DNA of 64,000 bases from assembly GCA_965649825.1 (NCBI GenBank), contig OZ287709.1, forward strand, positions 434,001 through 498,000, in the 5' to 3' direction. The DNA is from Penicillus capitatus. Lineage: Eukaryota > Plantae > Chlorophyta. Below the pieces are notes generated by a model that ran no database searches, was not told the DNA's origin, and worked only from the letters and a program-made list of their open reading frames with translations. Position numbers and translations under genes: made by a program. Every line of letters starts with the position of its first letter. Position 1 is the stretch's first letter. Shown piece after piece: positions 1-14,119 of the stretch.

Positions 1-49
1 AAGCCATAGGCACTAAACCTCGGGGTAGAAATAGGCGCTACCATCAAAT

Positions 50-2130
50 ACTGGCCATCAATCAGCTTAACTTCATCATCATCCAGTCCAATAGAGTGTC
101 CTTTTTCTCTAAATTCTGTTACCGCATGCACTCAGGTATTCCGTTTTTGTGTCGTCTCAGCTTCGAACTGTCTTCTTAGGGAAACTCTGAAGAGATCTGC
201 AAGCTCGACACAGACGGTGTAAGTTAACAGCCGATGGCGCAAGAAAACAAGGCGAAGAGTCGAGAGAACCAATGTGTAAAAAGACTGTTTGACTTCCTGT
301 TTTATAATGACACCTAATTCGTTTCATTGAGTCAATTGTCATCATTCACTTCCACAACGGACACGGGCCTCGTAAAGATCTTTCAAGTCAGAGGGAGGCA
401 AGCTGGGAGGACTGTGGAGCGAACAAGACCATTTACAAGGACTTTGACGGTTCCACTCTAATGCGAGGGTTTTCGCGACTCAGAAGAAACGACGAGAAGC
501 CTAATACACCTGCCACAGAGTGCCTTGCGTCGTCGCGTCCACATCCTGTCCGATCGAGCTCGTGGCGTCGAGGGATTCATCTTTGTGATTCACTGATCTT
601 CGTGCTGCGTCAACGTCTTCTGTAAGCTTATCAATTGTTCTTTTCATATCGCTTATGGTTCTTGGATTTCATCAAGGACAGACACAGGCAGCAAAGCGAA
701 CTGGGTATCACAATTATCCATATGTTGCAGAATACAGCCATAAAGCTGTGAGCCAACCACTTCAGCGACTTTATATCCCAAAACTGGAACACGTGCTTCA
801 ACTACCGCATACGTTCGTGTTTCCACTCTTTGTGTATGACTATCGTATCTTCTTTCTTCAAATCGTCTGTTCATCTTGTCGAGCAAAATGGTTTGTAAAT
901 GTCCTTTCAATTGGTGGATCCAAAACAGGTCTCGTCGAAAGCACGAAGCGAACGACGCAAAAACGCACGAAGCGGAGAGAACTGTAACGGAGGAGCTTAA
1001 AGCTCCGAAACCATGTAGCGTAAGAACCGAAACAGACTTAACAGGGGAAGTTCGTAACAATAGCAATGGCTCTAATGTTTTCATGTTCTTAAGGACCACT
1101 GTCGCATCATCTGTTAAAATAACACAACACTTCATCCTTACGGGACCGTTCTTGGACGAGAAGCATCCCGTTGTCTCCTCTGGAGGAGTCACGCGCTCGT
1201 TTCAGCGACTCTATCGACAGCAGGTCGAGCCTCTTTTGTACAAGATCGAGACTTATTGCCGCTTGCTCCTGTTGATTCCATCTGTCAGAGATGTGCATCA
1301 CAAGCCCATATTCCTTCAGCCTTCATTTCCCTCTCCCCTCTTCACGAGTAGTACGAAGAGAAACGTATTTTCCCTGCTTGATCCTGGAAACCTTAGTCAG
1401 CAGTTCTCTGCACTTTTATCGGAATGAAATGAACTGACGTGGGTGTGTGATACGCATGCAGCTGGAGTGTTCCTTATTGCCTGCAGTGAAAATGCGATTA
1501 AATGTCTAAACACGTCAACCTGTGAGTGGGATCAAACAAATCGCATGCACATTCTCTTCCGTCACAATCTCGGACAGAGAGAGGTCTTGTCATTCCTCAT
1601 GGACTGGTCGGCATTGTTCGGAACGGTGGTCGATCGATGGTGTAGTTTCTAACCCTGTTTTCTCCGGTCTTGGGTTCATGTTTGGATACCGCGTACGGCA
1701 GCAGACTTCTACGACATCCCCAGCTGGATGTAACTCATCACTCCTTCAGGTCCGATCAGCTTCGCAAAGTTCCTTTGTCAGACACAGGAGAATCGTCTGC
1801 CATGTATTCAGAAAGAGGACACTTGTTGGCAGATTGTGCTTCCGTCTCAATCCAAGCCGCCTGGTCAAGGGGAGCAAGTGGCAGGAAGAATCTATGCCTT
1901 GTTGAATGTCTTTCGGGAAGGAAATACTGAGACGGTTGATCTGGCCAACAAGTGTCAAGTGTCGAGTGGATATCGTAGGCATGTAAAGGATTATCATCAG
2001 CATGACAGAAAGTGTGCAAAGGAGTGAGAAACACTTCTGTCCACGGTAGCAACACGAGAATCCGATGATCCTCCCCACCTAATGTGTGTTTGCAATACAT
2101 GCATACGGTTGCACCGTTAAGCGACATCTA
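50..2130 (-). mobile_element. Decayed hAT-like (DUF4371/ZMYM1-type) transposase relic
   Basis: Minus-strand fragments in the expected order, broken by stops and frameshifts: SFPKDIQQGIDSSCHLL (cf. TSxDIQNExI), EYMADDSPVSDKGTL (cf. FSIMADExTDxSxKEQL), CDG followed ~25 aa later by HFHC (cf. YDGA...VHC), ISDRWN (cf. TRW), LLDKMNRRFE. Motif matching by eye only; no TIRs identified. Confidence 0.45.
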
Positions 2131-2335
2131 AATACAGAAAGAGTGAGGAGCTGTTAAGAACTATGTTCCTGGCAAGACATCTGTGTCATGCGGAGGCCCC
2201 GACTGTCGCTGATGCGATCATTAAGACCATCTGTTCGGCGCGAGTCGCTTCTTTCGTCCAAGGTCCGTCGATCATTTGACGTTGTCCGACCATCCTTTTT
2301 GTCAACGAACTGCTACCTCGCCTTGTTCGCACAAC

Positions 2336-3918
<1,583 letters not shown>

Positions 3919-4297
3919 AACAACAGTTTCTCAAAATGCATAGGATTCCACAAAATGGGCACAGTGTTATTGCTGGCGGTAACAGCAGAAGAATCAGAGA
4001 TGAATACCTCACTCACTCTTGAAATATGAATCCGACAATCAGGCTTCTTTAATCCTTACGTTTAATGAAAGGGACGTTGGAATGGTGAATGCTACGCCTG
4101 GATCTTGTGAAATGACTTGTGTGAGTTGCAAACATGAATGAATGTCCTCGTTTGAAAAGACAGGCCGCCTTGGTGATGGTTGAAGCCGCCGTCTTGAACT
4201 TCACTGATTTTCTCCTATACGCGTTGCTGATCGCCGTACTTTTCTATATTATTCCACGTCGCATTGCGCATTGGTATCACAAAGGAAAAGAGAAACA

Positions 4298-7195
4298 ATG
4301 AAGCTGCTGCGAGACACATTGCAAGAGCCACTTCCCGATTTGGCACCTCTCATACAATTCTTATCCACGTCGGCGCATACGGACCCGTCTGCTTGTCTCG
4401 CCTTCGTCCACAGTGCCATCAGTCGGTCGCGCAATGCACACTTTATCAAGTGATTTGTTTTGCAAAGAGAATTCGAAAGAAGCCCATGTTTTAGATCATA
4501 CATCCATGCCATCCTGTTCAGAGCATGGATGTTGTCTCCAAACGAACGGGCATTGGACATCTTTTCTTTATTGTCCACAGAGCGGCTCTCAACGATGCAT
4601 TATGGTTTCCTAGTGGAGCATTGCCATTTCGAGAAGTACATGGTGGAGTGTCTCTTTCTGGCAGATGTCGGCTGGGATACATGGCAGAGACAAGTCCTTT
4701 CGCTGTGTCATCATTATCCACGTCTCGCTTGGTTTCTCTTGTCATTGATCGACCAGATACCGACGAAGAGCGATTGGGATAGGGCAGATGAAGACAATGG
4801 TGTAGAGGATAACATTTTCTTGATCGAGTTACTAAAAATCGCGGTAGACAGTACAGATCAAATGGACTCCGTCCTTGCAGAACGAAATTTGAACAGCATT
4901 GCGGAACTTTTGCTGAGAGAAAGAGATTCTGGAGCTCATGCGAAGAAGGCAGAGATTGAAGCTCTCTTACTTAAGGCATTACAATGCTTGCTTCCACAGA
5001 TTCGCCATACACTGTCACATGCGTCACAAGATATCTCAAAAGCGATGAGCGGTCTTGCAGAGAAACAACAAATGTCAGATACACTCAAGCAGCGAATAAC
5101 GGAACTGAAAACCGAACTTACTGAGAGAGAAGACTTTGGAGAGACAACGATGCATTCCTTGGGATGGGCCTTTGGGAGTCCGAAAGTCAAAGATCTTTCA
5201 GATCTGATCGCTTTGTGGATGCCCTCCGCTCAAAATGCTCAAGAAAGCAGTGTCGTTTCGTCAGACCCTTCATGCATGGTATTGGACGTCATTATTAGTG
5301 AGTGCCTTGGCTGGTCTCTCGCTGAAATGTGCTCCATCTATCATTCCTCTGCAATGCCTTTGACACCAGACTCCTTTGCATCTCTCACACTCCTGCTGTT
5401 CCATATCCTTGTCAAAAAGGCACATAAGAATAACCTGCTTTTTCATTCTATCCTTGCACTTTTACATGCCGTTTTGAGTCAGTTTAGACAAAAAGAGGAC
5501 ATTCAGTCATTGCTCAATGAACTTGGCCGTTCTCCCGTATATGCAGCATCCACGGCAGAGATTGCGTCAAAGGATAACGTGCGGAAGCTGGCCACTCAAA
5601 GAGTTATTTGCCTTTGCAATCAACTGATGGAGTGCAAATCCTCGCAGGACGGGATCATTGCGGACAAGGAACTCATCCAACAGCATCTTATGACATGGAT
5701 GATCCGTGTCTTTCCTTTTTGTGTCCTCTTCCCAGCACTTGCCGCTCGCCACATGACACTGAATGCCATTCTCTACGAAGCTCAACAGCGTCAGTTGATT
5801 GAAGCTCTGGATTTTTTTGCTCCTATTTTAGAACGGGGCCAGAATCTCGTGATAACTCATCTCTGTGACTTTCTATGCGAAATGGAGGCATTGCCTTCGG
5901 AGACGTTGAGTTTGTTTGTTCACAGTTACTTTGCGCAAAAGAGCGTCTACGATCGAGATTGCTTTCTGGACAGTGTCTGTGCCGAATCCTTTTACAGATT
6001 CCAATCTCCCAGTACTACCGTCGAAGGATTGCTCAAAGGCGCTGTCCTATTGCTAGAGGACTCAAAGAAGCAGAAAGCATCGATAGCTGTGCATCTCCGT
6101 CTCATGACTTCGCTCTCTCCTATGTTCCAGTTTGGTTGCGTGCGCGGCCATTCCAGTCATCCCCTGTTCGAAACGATCATCCATTTGGCAGAGCAGCTGT
6201 TTCTGTTGTGTTCAGAGATGCTGATGTCCGCGAAGAGGAGTGCCCTTTGCAGCCATCCAATCTGCATCTTCATGCAAAACTGTCAGAGTTTAGACTGGAA
6301 TATCCGCGTGCGTTATGTCCCACTGGTATCTTCATTTTTCACGGAAGGCGAATCCATTATGGAATGGACATCGATTTTTATGCCGGACACTCCAACGCCG
6401 TTAACAGATCTGGGAGATGAAGCATTGGCAGAGGCTTGGATGCGATGCCTCCGTCAGATGCTGTGGTTTGGCAGTCTTTCTGAAGAACATTGCTCGGCGC
6501 TCTGTACAGCTTTTAGAAATCTAAACTGCGCAGGAGCATCACCGCTGGAAAGACTCTGTTATACCTTTGCGCAAGAAGCCGCTCGACTGCCAGCGGAATG
6601 GCAATCGTGGGTCCTTGTTATGGCTTTGGCAGAAGTGACATCCACTGCCTCAGCCCTATGCATTCAGCGAACACTGTTTACTCTGCTTCCTTGTTATCTG
6701 CAGCATCTGCCCAGTGCATTTCCCGAAGGCCATCGACAAGACGTTGCCGTATTGGTCGTCGAGATTTTCTGCCGAGTGCTGTTTGTCATCGGATCGCATG
6801 CTGCTATGCAGGAAAACGACCGAAACTGTGTGCTGAACTTTGGCCAAGTGCAATTGGCGCATTACTGTATGGAGATGCTGAAGAACAAGATGCCTCCTGC
6901 TGATACGGAGCTGTTTATCTTGCGATCCTTCGCGGAAGGCGCATCGCTCATGTCGTCTATGAACACAGCGCCATACGACATCACAGAACTGCAAATGCTT
7001 CTCTCCTATTTCCTGCACCGCCTGATCCAGAGTGCCACGAAATGTGAGGCAGGTTGGATGCTTCCCAGTGGCCTCTCATTGCATCTGGTATTGGAATGGA
7101 TTGTCTCCTGGATCCAAAACGTGCGATCATCTGTACGTAATGCTCTCGTTTTTACAGCGAATAAACTCATCAAAGACCATTTAGAACATGTGTGA
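4298..7195 (+). CDS. Large uncharacterised, probably helical protein (~950 aa; short exon 1 plus a ~2.7-kb exon)
   Basis: 911-codon open frame 4460-7195; upstream exon MKLLRDTLQEPL...; no motif recognised. Confidence 0.8.
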
Positions 7196-7795
7196 ATCTC
7201 CCTGTTCTGTTGCACGTGCCATGGCATCGCGCACATTGTTCCTTTGACGGCTGTAGTTGTCGTAGTGCACCTGTCACACCATCTCACACTTTTTAATTTT
7301 GAAGATGCGAACCTGAAATTGCTGTTTGAGTTCGGCAACTTCGCCAATCAGATCTTCTACGGAATCTTCGAATGCGCTGGCAGGTGTCTTCTCTCCATCC
7401 GTCTGGACCTAACCATCGTCATCACCAAAAAGCGTGAGATCTCAGGATTCGTGATTTCTCACACTTTAATATTAATGTTGTATTTCAGAGGATGTGGTTG
7501 TCGATATCCAGCAAAAATGACATGGTCATCCTGCAGCAACTGCCTAAAGATGATACCCCTCCTCATCTTAACGGCATTTCGGACGGAGACACGCGCGTCT
7601 ACATTCTTATCAGATTTCCGAGAGTATGGGTTTCCCTTTCCATGATGAATGTCGCCGTATTGGAGACCTTATCATCCTTGATGCACTCGATCCTGCCCCA
7701 AAAGAAGAACAATCCACAAGGAGAGTGAGACAGAAGAGTGACTTTGGTTTGCCATCGGGCAGGACGAACTTCTCGAATCGATCCGGTTGATTCAT
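7181..7795 (-). CDS. RPB11: RNA polymerase II subunit RPB11
   Basis: Spliced: MNQPDRFEKFVLPDG / TATFIMERETHTLGNLIR / QLLQDDHVIFAGYRQPHPL / VQTDGEKTPASAFEDSVEDL...; predicted stop TAA at 7183-7181. Confidence 0.92.
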
Positions 7796-7900
7796 CGCTA
7801 GACCACGGCGAACGTACGCGCACCGGTTCGTCGTTTCGCGAACCGTCACATCATAAACCGCATTCGAAACATGACCCCCACCACAGCCATCATTCAGGAG

Positions 7901-8318
7901 TTATGGAAATCTCATGGCACGGAATCGATCCTGTAGTTGTCTGAACCAATTGGGCGCGTTATTTGAGGAACTCGTTTCGAACCCTGACTTGGCAATGCGA
8001 TACTTTGTACCAAGGGCGGCACCGAAACCCCATCCAATTCCCACCCCCAGGCCACATCCACCACCTGCAGCATGTCCAAGTCCCACCAAACGGTGAACAA
8101 CGGTACCCACCCATTCCTAAGCCCGCAAAGCCCATGGGTGATCCTACAGGACACTGTGATCATGACAAAGCGAGCGGGAATCTTGCGCTACCTCCAAAAC
8201 CCCATCCGACGCCAAATCCACAGCCAACACCTACACCTGATGGCATGTGTGAGACGCTCAGGATCCATGTCACTGTACCTATGCCGACGCCTGCGCCCGA
8301 GAATCTTCGCCAACCCAT
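7901..8318 (-). CDS. TGD5: Trigalactosyldiacylglycerol 5-like small Gly-rich membrane protein
   Basis: MGWRRFSGAGVGIG|VGVGCGFGVGWGFG...GGGCGLGVGIGWGFGAALGTKY, the Gly-rich pattern typical of TGD5. Confidence 0.8.
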
Positions 8319-8406
8319 TTGAGCGACGATGGACTCTGTGATGTGACGTTTCTATCTCCCCACTGCAACACCACGACGGGAGATGTCAACCCGCGGCGCA
8401 ATTCCG

Positions 8407-9498
8407 ATGCATCAAGTGTCGTGGAGGCAGACAGGAATCTTTATTCTATGTCTGCTGTCGTCCCAAGCAACAGCAACTCGACTGGGATGGCAACAGCACC
8501 GTACACAAGTCTCTTCTCTCTGTCTTAACGCTGACCCACCCATGCAGTGACACGGCGTACATAGGAGCCAGAAGACGATGCACCTGTGCGAGATGTCAGA
8601 TTTGGCCAGGCCATGATGCAGGGTCTCGCAATGGTTGATTATGTGCAGCTGGGTATTAGAGGTGCTCATTTGTGCTCTTTTAGATTTTGGTTTCCGAAAT
8701 GGGAGATGAGACATTTATCATTGCTGCCATTCTGGCCATGAAGCATCCTCGTGCCGTGATTTTCCTTGGTGCCCTCACAGCATTGGCCGCAATGACGGTG
8801 GCTGTGCTGTTGTCGCTGATCTGGCTTTTCTCACACTATTGCTGGTGCTCAGGCTATTTCTGCGGCGCTTGGTGTTGTGGTACCATCCCTCATCAGTCCT
8901 GAACTCACACACCATGCAGCAACGGTATTGTACACGATCTTCGGGGCGCGTCTATTGTATGTTGCCTACAAATCGACAGAACACGAAACAGAGGTAGGCA
9001 ACACATGAAGACGAATACATCTTTCGTCGTTCTTTATCAGTCTGTTGCAGGAAGAGATCAAAGAAGTGGAAGGCAAACTCGCAGAGAGAAAAGAGCCGCC
9101 GAGCATGGCCAAACGGTGGCTGATGCGATTCTGTACACCAGTGCTACTGGAAGCATGTATACTGACCTTTGTTGCAGGTAATAACAGCATCCTACCTAAT
9201 CTCACTCTTTTTCCCTTATCCAGAGTGGGGAGATCGAAGTCAAATTGCCACCATCACGTTGGCATCGCACTTGGATCCCTTTGGCGTTACCATAGGAGCC
9301 ATTGCTGGTCACTCGATCTGCACAGGACTGGCTGTTGTCGGAGGTTGCACCGTTGTCTAATGCGACATCCGGAGATCCATCCATCCATCTCTGTTTGTAG
9401 GACAGCTCATCGCGATGAAGATATCACAACGGACAGCGGCACTATGTGGAAGTGCGTTGTTCTTTGCATTTGCTGTGCACAATTACGTATGGGGATAA
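8407..9498 (+). CDS. GDT1/TMEM165 (UPF0016) Ca/Mn transporter
   Basis: Two family motifs, [11 protein letters not shown] and [11 protein letters not shown]; stop TAA 9496-9498; 5' start uncertain. Confidence 0.9.
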
Positions 9499-9749
9499 GA
9501 CAATAAATTGCTTGAACCTTTATCTGTAACCTCTCCTGAGCAAGCATGTGCCGTGCTGCACAGCGGATTGTAAATGAGGGATGAAAAATGTGCTTCGTAG
9601 ATTCGCCAGATGAAGCGGGCATTCAAAAAGAAGGATCCTTTACAGACTGTAAGTCGAAGAATAATCCTGAAGATTAGACCCGCCTAAGATGAAATGGGGA
9701 GACAAAAAAAAAAGAATCCGCAGCCTTCATGTCTGTGTGCCAATTCCAT

Positions 9750-10573
9750 GAGTCTTGGAGAAATTCGATCAGGATCCAGCCGCAAGTACCAGACGGAGGC
9801 AGTTTGTGTGGTGCTGTTCAAGCTTGTCTCACAGAATGAACCTGTCAATGGTAATCTGTTTATACCCGACAGCGACTAGCACATATGCCATCACTCGATC
9901 CCTTGTCAAAAATCTCATCTTCCAAGCTCTTTTTTTGTTTACTGAACGATCGATCCCTTGGCAATTTTCTCGATCTTCTGTTTGGTCTTGTTCTTGTGTC
10001 TCAGTCCTTCTTGATGCTTTTGTTGCTCGTATTCTCGCTGGGTTGTATCTTACAGACCGTATCCATCGCCTTTGAGACCACCTTGGTACATAATACGGTC
10101 TAGAATCAGAATCTTCACAAGAATCTATGTCAAACCTCACAAGCCCAGAGGTAAACTCATAGAAGAGCGATGAATGACCTGGACCACCAAGACAGCAGGG
10201 ATGATGCAGAATTTTTGAGAGCTGTTGATTTCTGTCGACCATTCTGGCGTTGTACTTGTATCCAGTCGGGAATGTCTGGGCCACATTGACCACCGTCTCA
10301 AAGAATGAAGGGATCCACGTCACACCGTTCTCCAATATCTTCTCCCCGGCTGCATTGCGCTGACATCTCTCGCTGTTCTCGATCAGCACGTAGGGCAAAG
10401 TGCCTCCCTCCACAGCTTCCTTGCAGCTTCTCAAAAACTTCTTCCCTACAGCTTCTGCTTAGCTTCCTCGTAGTAGGTTTTAGCGCATCGTAGGAGGTAT
10501 TTAAGTCGCCGGTTAGGGTTTTCCGTTTTAACGTATATTGCCATTTGCTTTCTTCTTTGCTTTTGTCTAGCAT
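9750..10573 (-). pseudogene. Possible degenerate non-LTR (RTE-like) reverse transcriptase fragment
   Basis: ORF 9829-10434 has FLRSCKE...LPYVLI, KIL..G..P.FF..VV...F..G...ARMVD..QLS, and after the stop KLEQHHTNCLRLVL (cf. RTE KLExFHxxCLRxIL). No recognisable QG or YADD motif. Confidence 0.3.
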
Positions 10574-10714
10574 TTCCGCTCACAATTTACCGTAATTTCA
10601 GAAGTCCTCGAAGAAGGTAATTTTCTGTCCTGTGTGAAGCTTTTTCGAAGGTTGCTTTGCCAAGTTCATACGTGTCGGAGTCGACGCCGCTGAAAAATCT
10701 TCCTGCTTTCGAAG

Positions 10715-11677
10715 GTGCTTGGTAGCGATAAGATGGTGCTCGGCCACGCTATCTTCGGATACCTCATCGAACGCGAACTTACGCGTTCCGAAGGTCGACG
10801 TCTTGCGAAGTTCTTGAAGATGGCAGAGAGCGAGTGTCACCGTTTGTGGGTCAATGGAAGGGAAGTTCCTTATCCTTTTACGACTTACAAGGCAATCGTT
10901 CTTATTGTTTTCCTAATTCAAGAACTAGATCGACGGTGCGTCCTGGAAAACCCGTCTAGTCCAGACGACTGCGTAAAAATTGGCACGGACGGGAAAGAAC
11001 GCACAGTTATGTGGGCAGACATTCTTACAACGCTGGACGATAGGGTACGGCAGGAAGGGTTCTCAAGGAACCCAGATGCCACGTTTGAGCGCCTTGCTAT
11101 CGCCGTTTCGTGTTTGTTTTGGTGGAATGGGTTTTATGACAATCCGGGAATGCGGAGGGGACCGAATAACGAGATTCAATGGTTTGTGACTCGAGCGGAA
11201 GACGGCATCTGTCAGTTTATAAATACGGTTTCCCTTGGGTTAGACGAGTACACCCCTCCACCTTCAGTCGGCGAGCCTCAGCCGGTGAACGAGACGCCGG
11301 GCGAGGGGAGCGGCGAGCCTCAGCCGGTGAACGAGACGCCGGGCGAGGGGAGCGGCGAGCCTCAGCCGGTGAACGAGACGCCGGGCGAGGGGAGCGGCGA
11401 GCCTCAGCCGGTGAACGAGACGCCGGGCGAGGGGAGCGGCGAGCCTCAGCCGGTGGCAAGTGTCCCGACGAACACGGAAAGGGTTCGTGGGGCCACAAGG
11501 TACCGGTTGCGTGAAACATACCAAAGGGAGAGGGCAAGGCGCGCGATGGTCAGGCATAGGTACAATCTCCGCGATACTCCTGCAAGAGAGGAGGATTTGT
11601 CTACGCGGGAAGAAGACCGGAAACGCGAACGCGCCGAAGGTTCGGCACGCTCTCGGAAGCGGTCAGGCCGTAGATGA
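10715..11677 (+). CDS. Orphan protein (320 aa): globular N-terminus, 14-aa tandem repeat, Arg-rich C-terminus
   Basis: Intronless ORF; (GEPQPVNETPGEGS)x4.4; tail with RYRLR and RYNLR motifs. Confidence 0.6.
   Translation: MLGSDKMVLGHAIFGYLIERELTRSEGRRLAKFLKMAESECHRLWVNGREVPYPFTTYKAIVLIVFLIQELDRRCVLENPSSPDDCVKIGTDGKERTVMWADILTTLDDRVRQEGFSRNPDATFERLAIAVSCLFWWNGFYDNPGMRRGPNNEIQWFVTRAEDGICQFINTVSLGLDEYTPPPSVGEPQPVNETPGEGSGEPQPVNETPGEGSGEPQPVNETPGEGSGEPQPVNETPGEGSGEPQPVASVPTNTERVRGATRYRLRETYQRERARRAMVRHRYNLRDTPAREEDLSTREEDRKRERAEGSARSRKRSGRR
11270..11455 (+). repeat. Perfect 42-bp coding tandem repeat, 4.4 copies
   Basis: Unit ggcgagcctcagccggtgaacgagacgccgggcgaggggagc read directly. Confidence 0.98.
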
Positions 11678-14119
11678 AACGCCCGAACGGTTGAGAGGGT
11701 CGGGTGCGGATACGGCAGAGGGTGTTTTGGTACCAAAATGGCGAAGCTAAAGGCGAAACCTTTGTCGAATGGGTGAGACAGTAAAGAAGCGGTTGGCAAC
11801 GGAGCATTGTCAGCACGGAACGATTCGGCGACCTAACTCGCTGGACGGCTGGAAAGAGTGGATGTGGCGCCGCCTGGGGGCGGATGAGAAGCAGGAGCGG
11901 GGCTCGGTCGACGGATAGTTGACGATCGAAGGAGTGATAGCCGCGGGAAGACGATGGTGGCGGGCTCGTCGCTCTTTTGCATTCCTTGTGGCGGGCGGTG
12001 AATGTTGCAGTGCCGCGCCGCCGTACCCCGGGTCTCCGGAATTGTGGCACAAAGACCTAGAGATCGATCATCGTCTCGGCTCAACGCGCGTCTTTTCCTT
12101 TGTCTGTGTGTCGTCGTACACCGTGGTTTTTCTTTTTCGAGTATCGAACTTTTTTCTCGTGCTTGTTCTAGCCCTGTTTTTTTTTTCGCTGCACTCGCAA
12201 AGCGATTTACAAAGCGTCCGCGAATTTATTCTGCTTTCGAGCTTCGGCGTGTCAGATTTCTAGCGTCACACATATCGCGGAGAGAACTCCGCGCACAGTC
12301 TGCGGATCCGGGATTCTCAGATCTGCCGTTTCCTACGAATTCGTTAAGCGACAACCCTGTGCGCAAGAAGAATTATGGCTGTCGCGTCTTGGGTTGCATA
12401 GAAGGAGGGTAGTCGACTAAGAGGACGCGGATGTTTCGGGTTGCCAAGATGACACGAATGCGCCCATTCGAGACAAGGGGTTCAGTGGATTGGTTGTTGT
12501 GGATGCAAAGTTGATGAGTTCCTTTTCTCCCTGCCAAGGGGCCAAGTGAGCCCAGCCGGTTGTCGTTCTAGAACACATTCTTAATTCTGTAACGTTGCTT
12601 GAACGCGTAAGATTCGTTCGATTAGTGCGCCTGTCGGTTTTTTCTTCTGACTACCGGGATTCTAAGTTGTGCTACCTTTGGATACGTTGAACTTTGTGTC
12701 CTCATCTCCGGGTTTGCATGCGCAGTCGTAGTAAAAAAAACAGCAAAACTGACATTAAATGATGCTCTCAGATGATTGCAATACGTATTGCGGTCTTGCC
12801 GACTGGACGCCGAAAAATGCGTAAAGAACACACGATTGTGAAGGCTTATAGCTTACAAAGACTGTTTAGCCGTTTGTGGTTTAAGGTAAAAAGATGGGGA
12901 ACGGACTAATATGTTTGTTGTAGCAAACACACTAACGCTATTCTTCGCCTCTCATATCAGATGCGCGTTGCGAAGATGGACAAGTGTGACAATGACAACA
13001 GAAATCTCAACATCGTCAATTATATCTATCCAGGTTGTGTCGCGTTATCGACGGACGATGCGAATACGACGAAGGCGTGTCGTTTAAGAAAGACTGTTGT
13101 GACGTTTATGAGTTCGGAATATAGACGCGTCAAACATAAACAAACGTCACGTCAAAGCGTCTCCGTGGCGGCTGCACGAAGGTGGACAGCTGTCAACTAA
13201 CAGGTTGTCACATCCTGTCTGTTTTGTTTTTTGAGGGGTTTTCATCTTGAGGGGCGTTCGCATGAGGTTCATGACGTGAGGAGTATTCTCGGAGGTATTT
13301 GTCGCCGGGAGATGTGAAAACTTCGTCTCGGGCCCACGACGAAGGACACGCTTCGACACCCAGACAAACTCTCGCTTACAGAGTGCTACACGTTCGACAC
13401 AGGTAAACGCTGGAAGATACGATACGACTGTTCGGCTTCCTTCTTTATTCTCTTGCCGCCAATCGTCTCTCTCATTCCCCCTTTTATTCGTCCTGATCAC
13501 GAGTCGGGTTCACAAGAGATTGTTAGCGCAAGGCTTGAACGTTTACAGAGCAAGGTTCTCTAAGGTTCGGATGTGCCCATTTTATGCAAAATGTGGAGAC
13601 TTCACAAATCAAGTGAGTCGTCCGGCGCTCAGGTCCATAGAAAAATGCCCCTGACGAGACCTTGTACAAGCTCCCTCTTGCAATCGTTGACCCTCAGAAA
13701 CGAGCCATACGATGTGACACCCACTCGAGAGAGCGTGATACACTAATTACAACGATGTCCAATCACAGTTCCGCCAAAACGCTATTCTTTCACAGGCGCA
13801 CTTCTTCTCTCCGGGTACATGTGCTTACCTTGGCCGTGATGTCTTCCGCCTATACTCGGTGGACAGGCGGTGGTGGGACACTTGGCAAGACCGGGCGTTG
13901 ACGTTTCCGGAATGACTCATCTCACAAGCGCAGCGGAAGTCTTGAAGTCAGATACAGATGGGCGATAGTTCGGAGGCCACACCGACAGTTTTGCACCGAG
14001 ACAACTTGTTATAATAGACAGCGTATTTTTTAGCAAACAGAAACAGATTGTATGCAAGTCACAAACGATGTTACAGACTCAGTTGTCAAACGAGAGATGA
14101 TTTATGTGTCTGAGCCTTG

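Noticed and set aside
13651-13702. Hammerhead-like CTGACGAG...GAAA
   Set aside because: The base before GAAA is A rather than the C needed to close stem II, and no convincing stems I/III were found.
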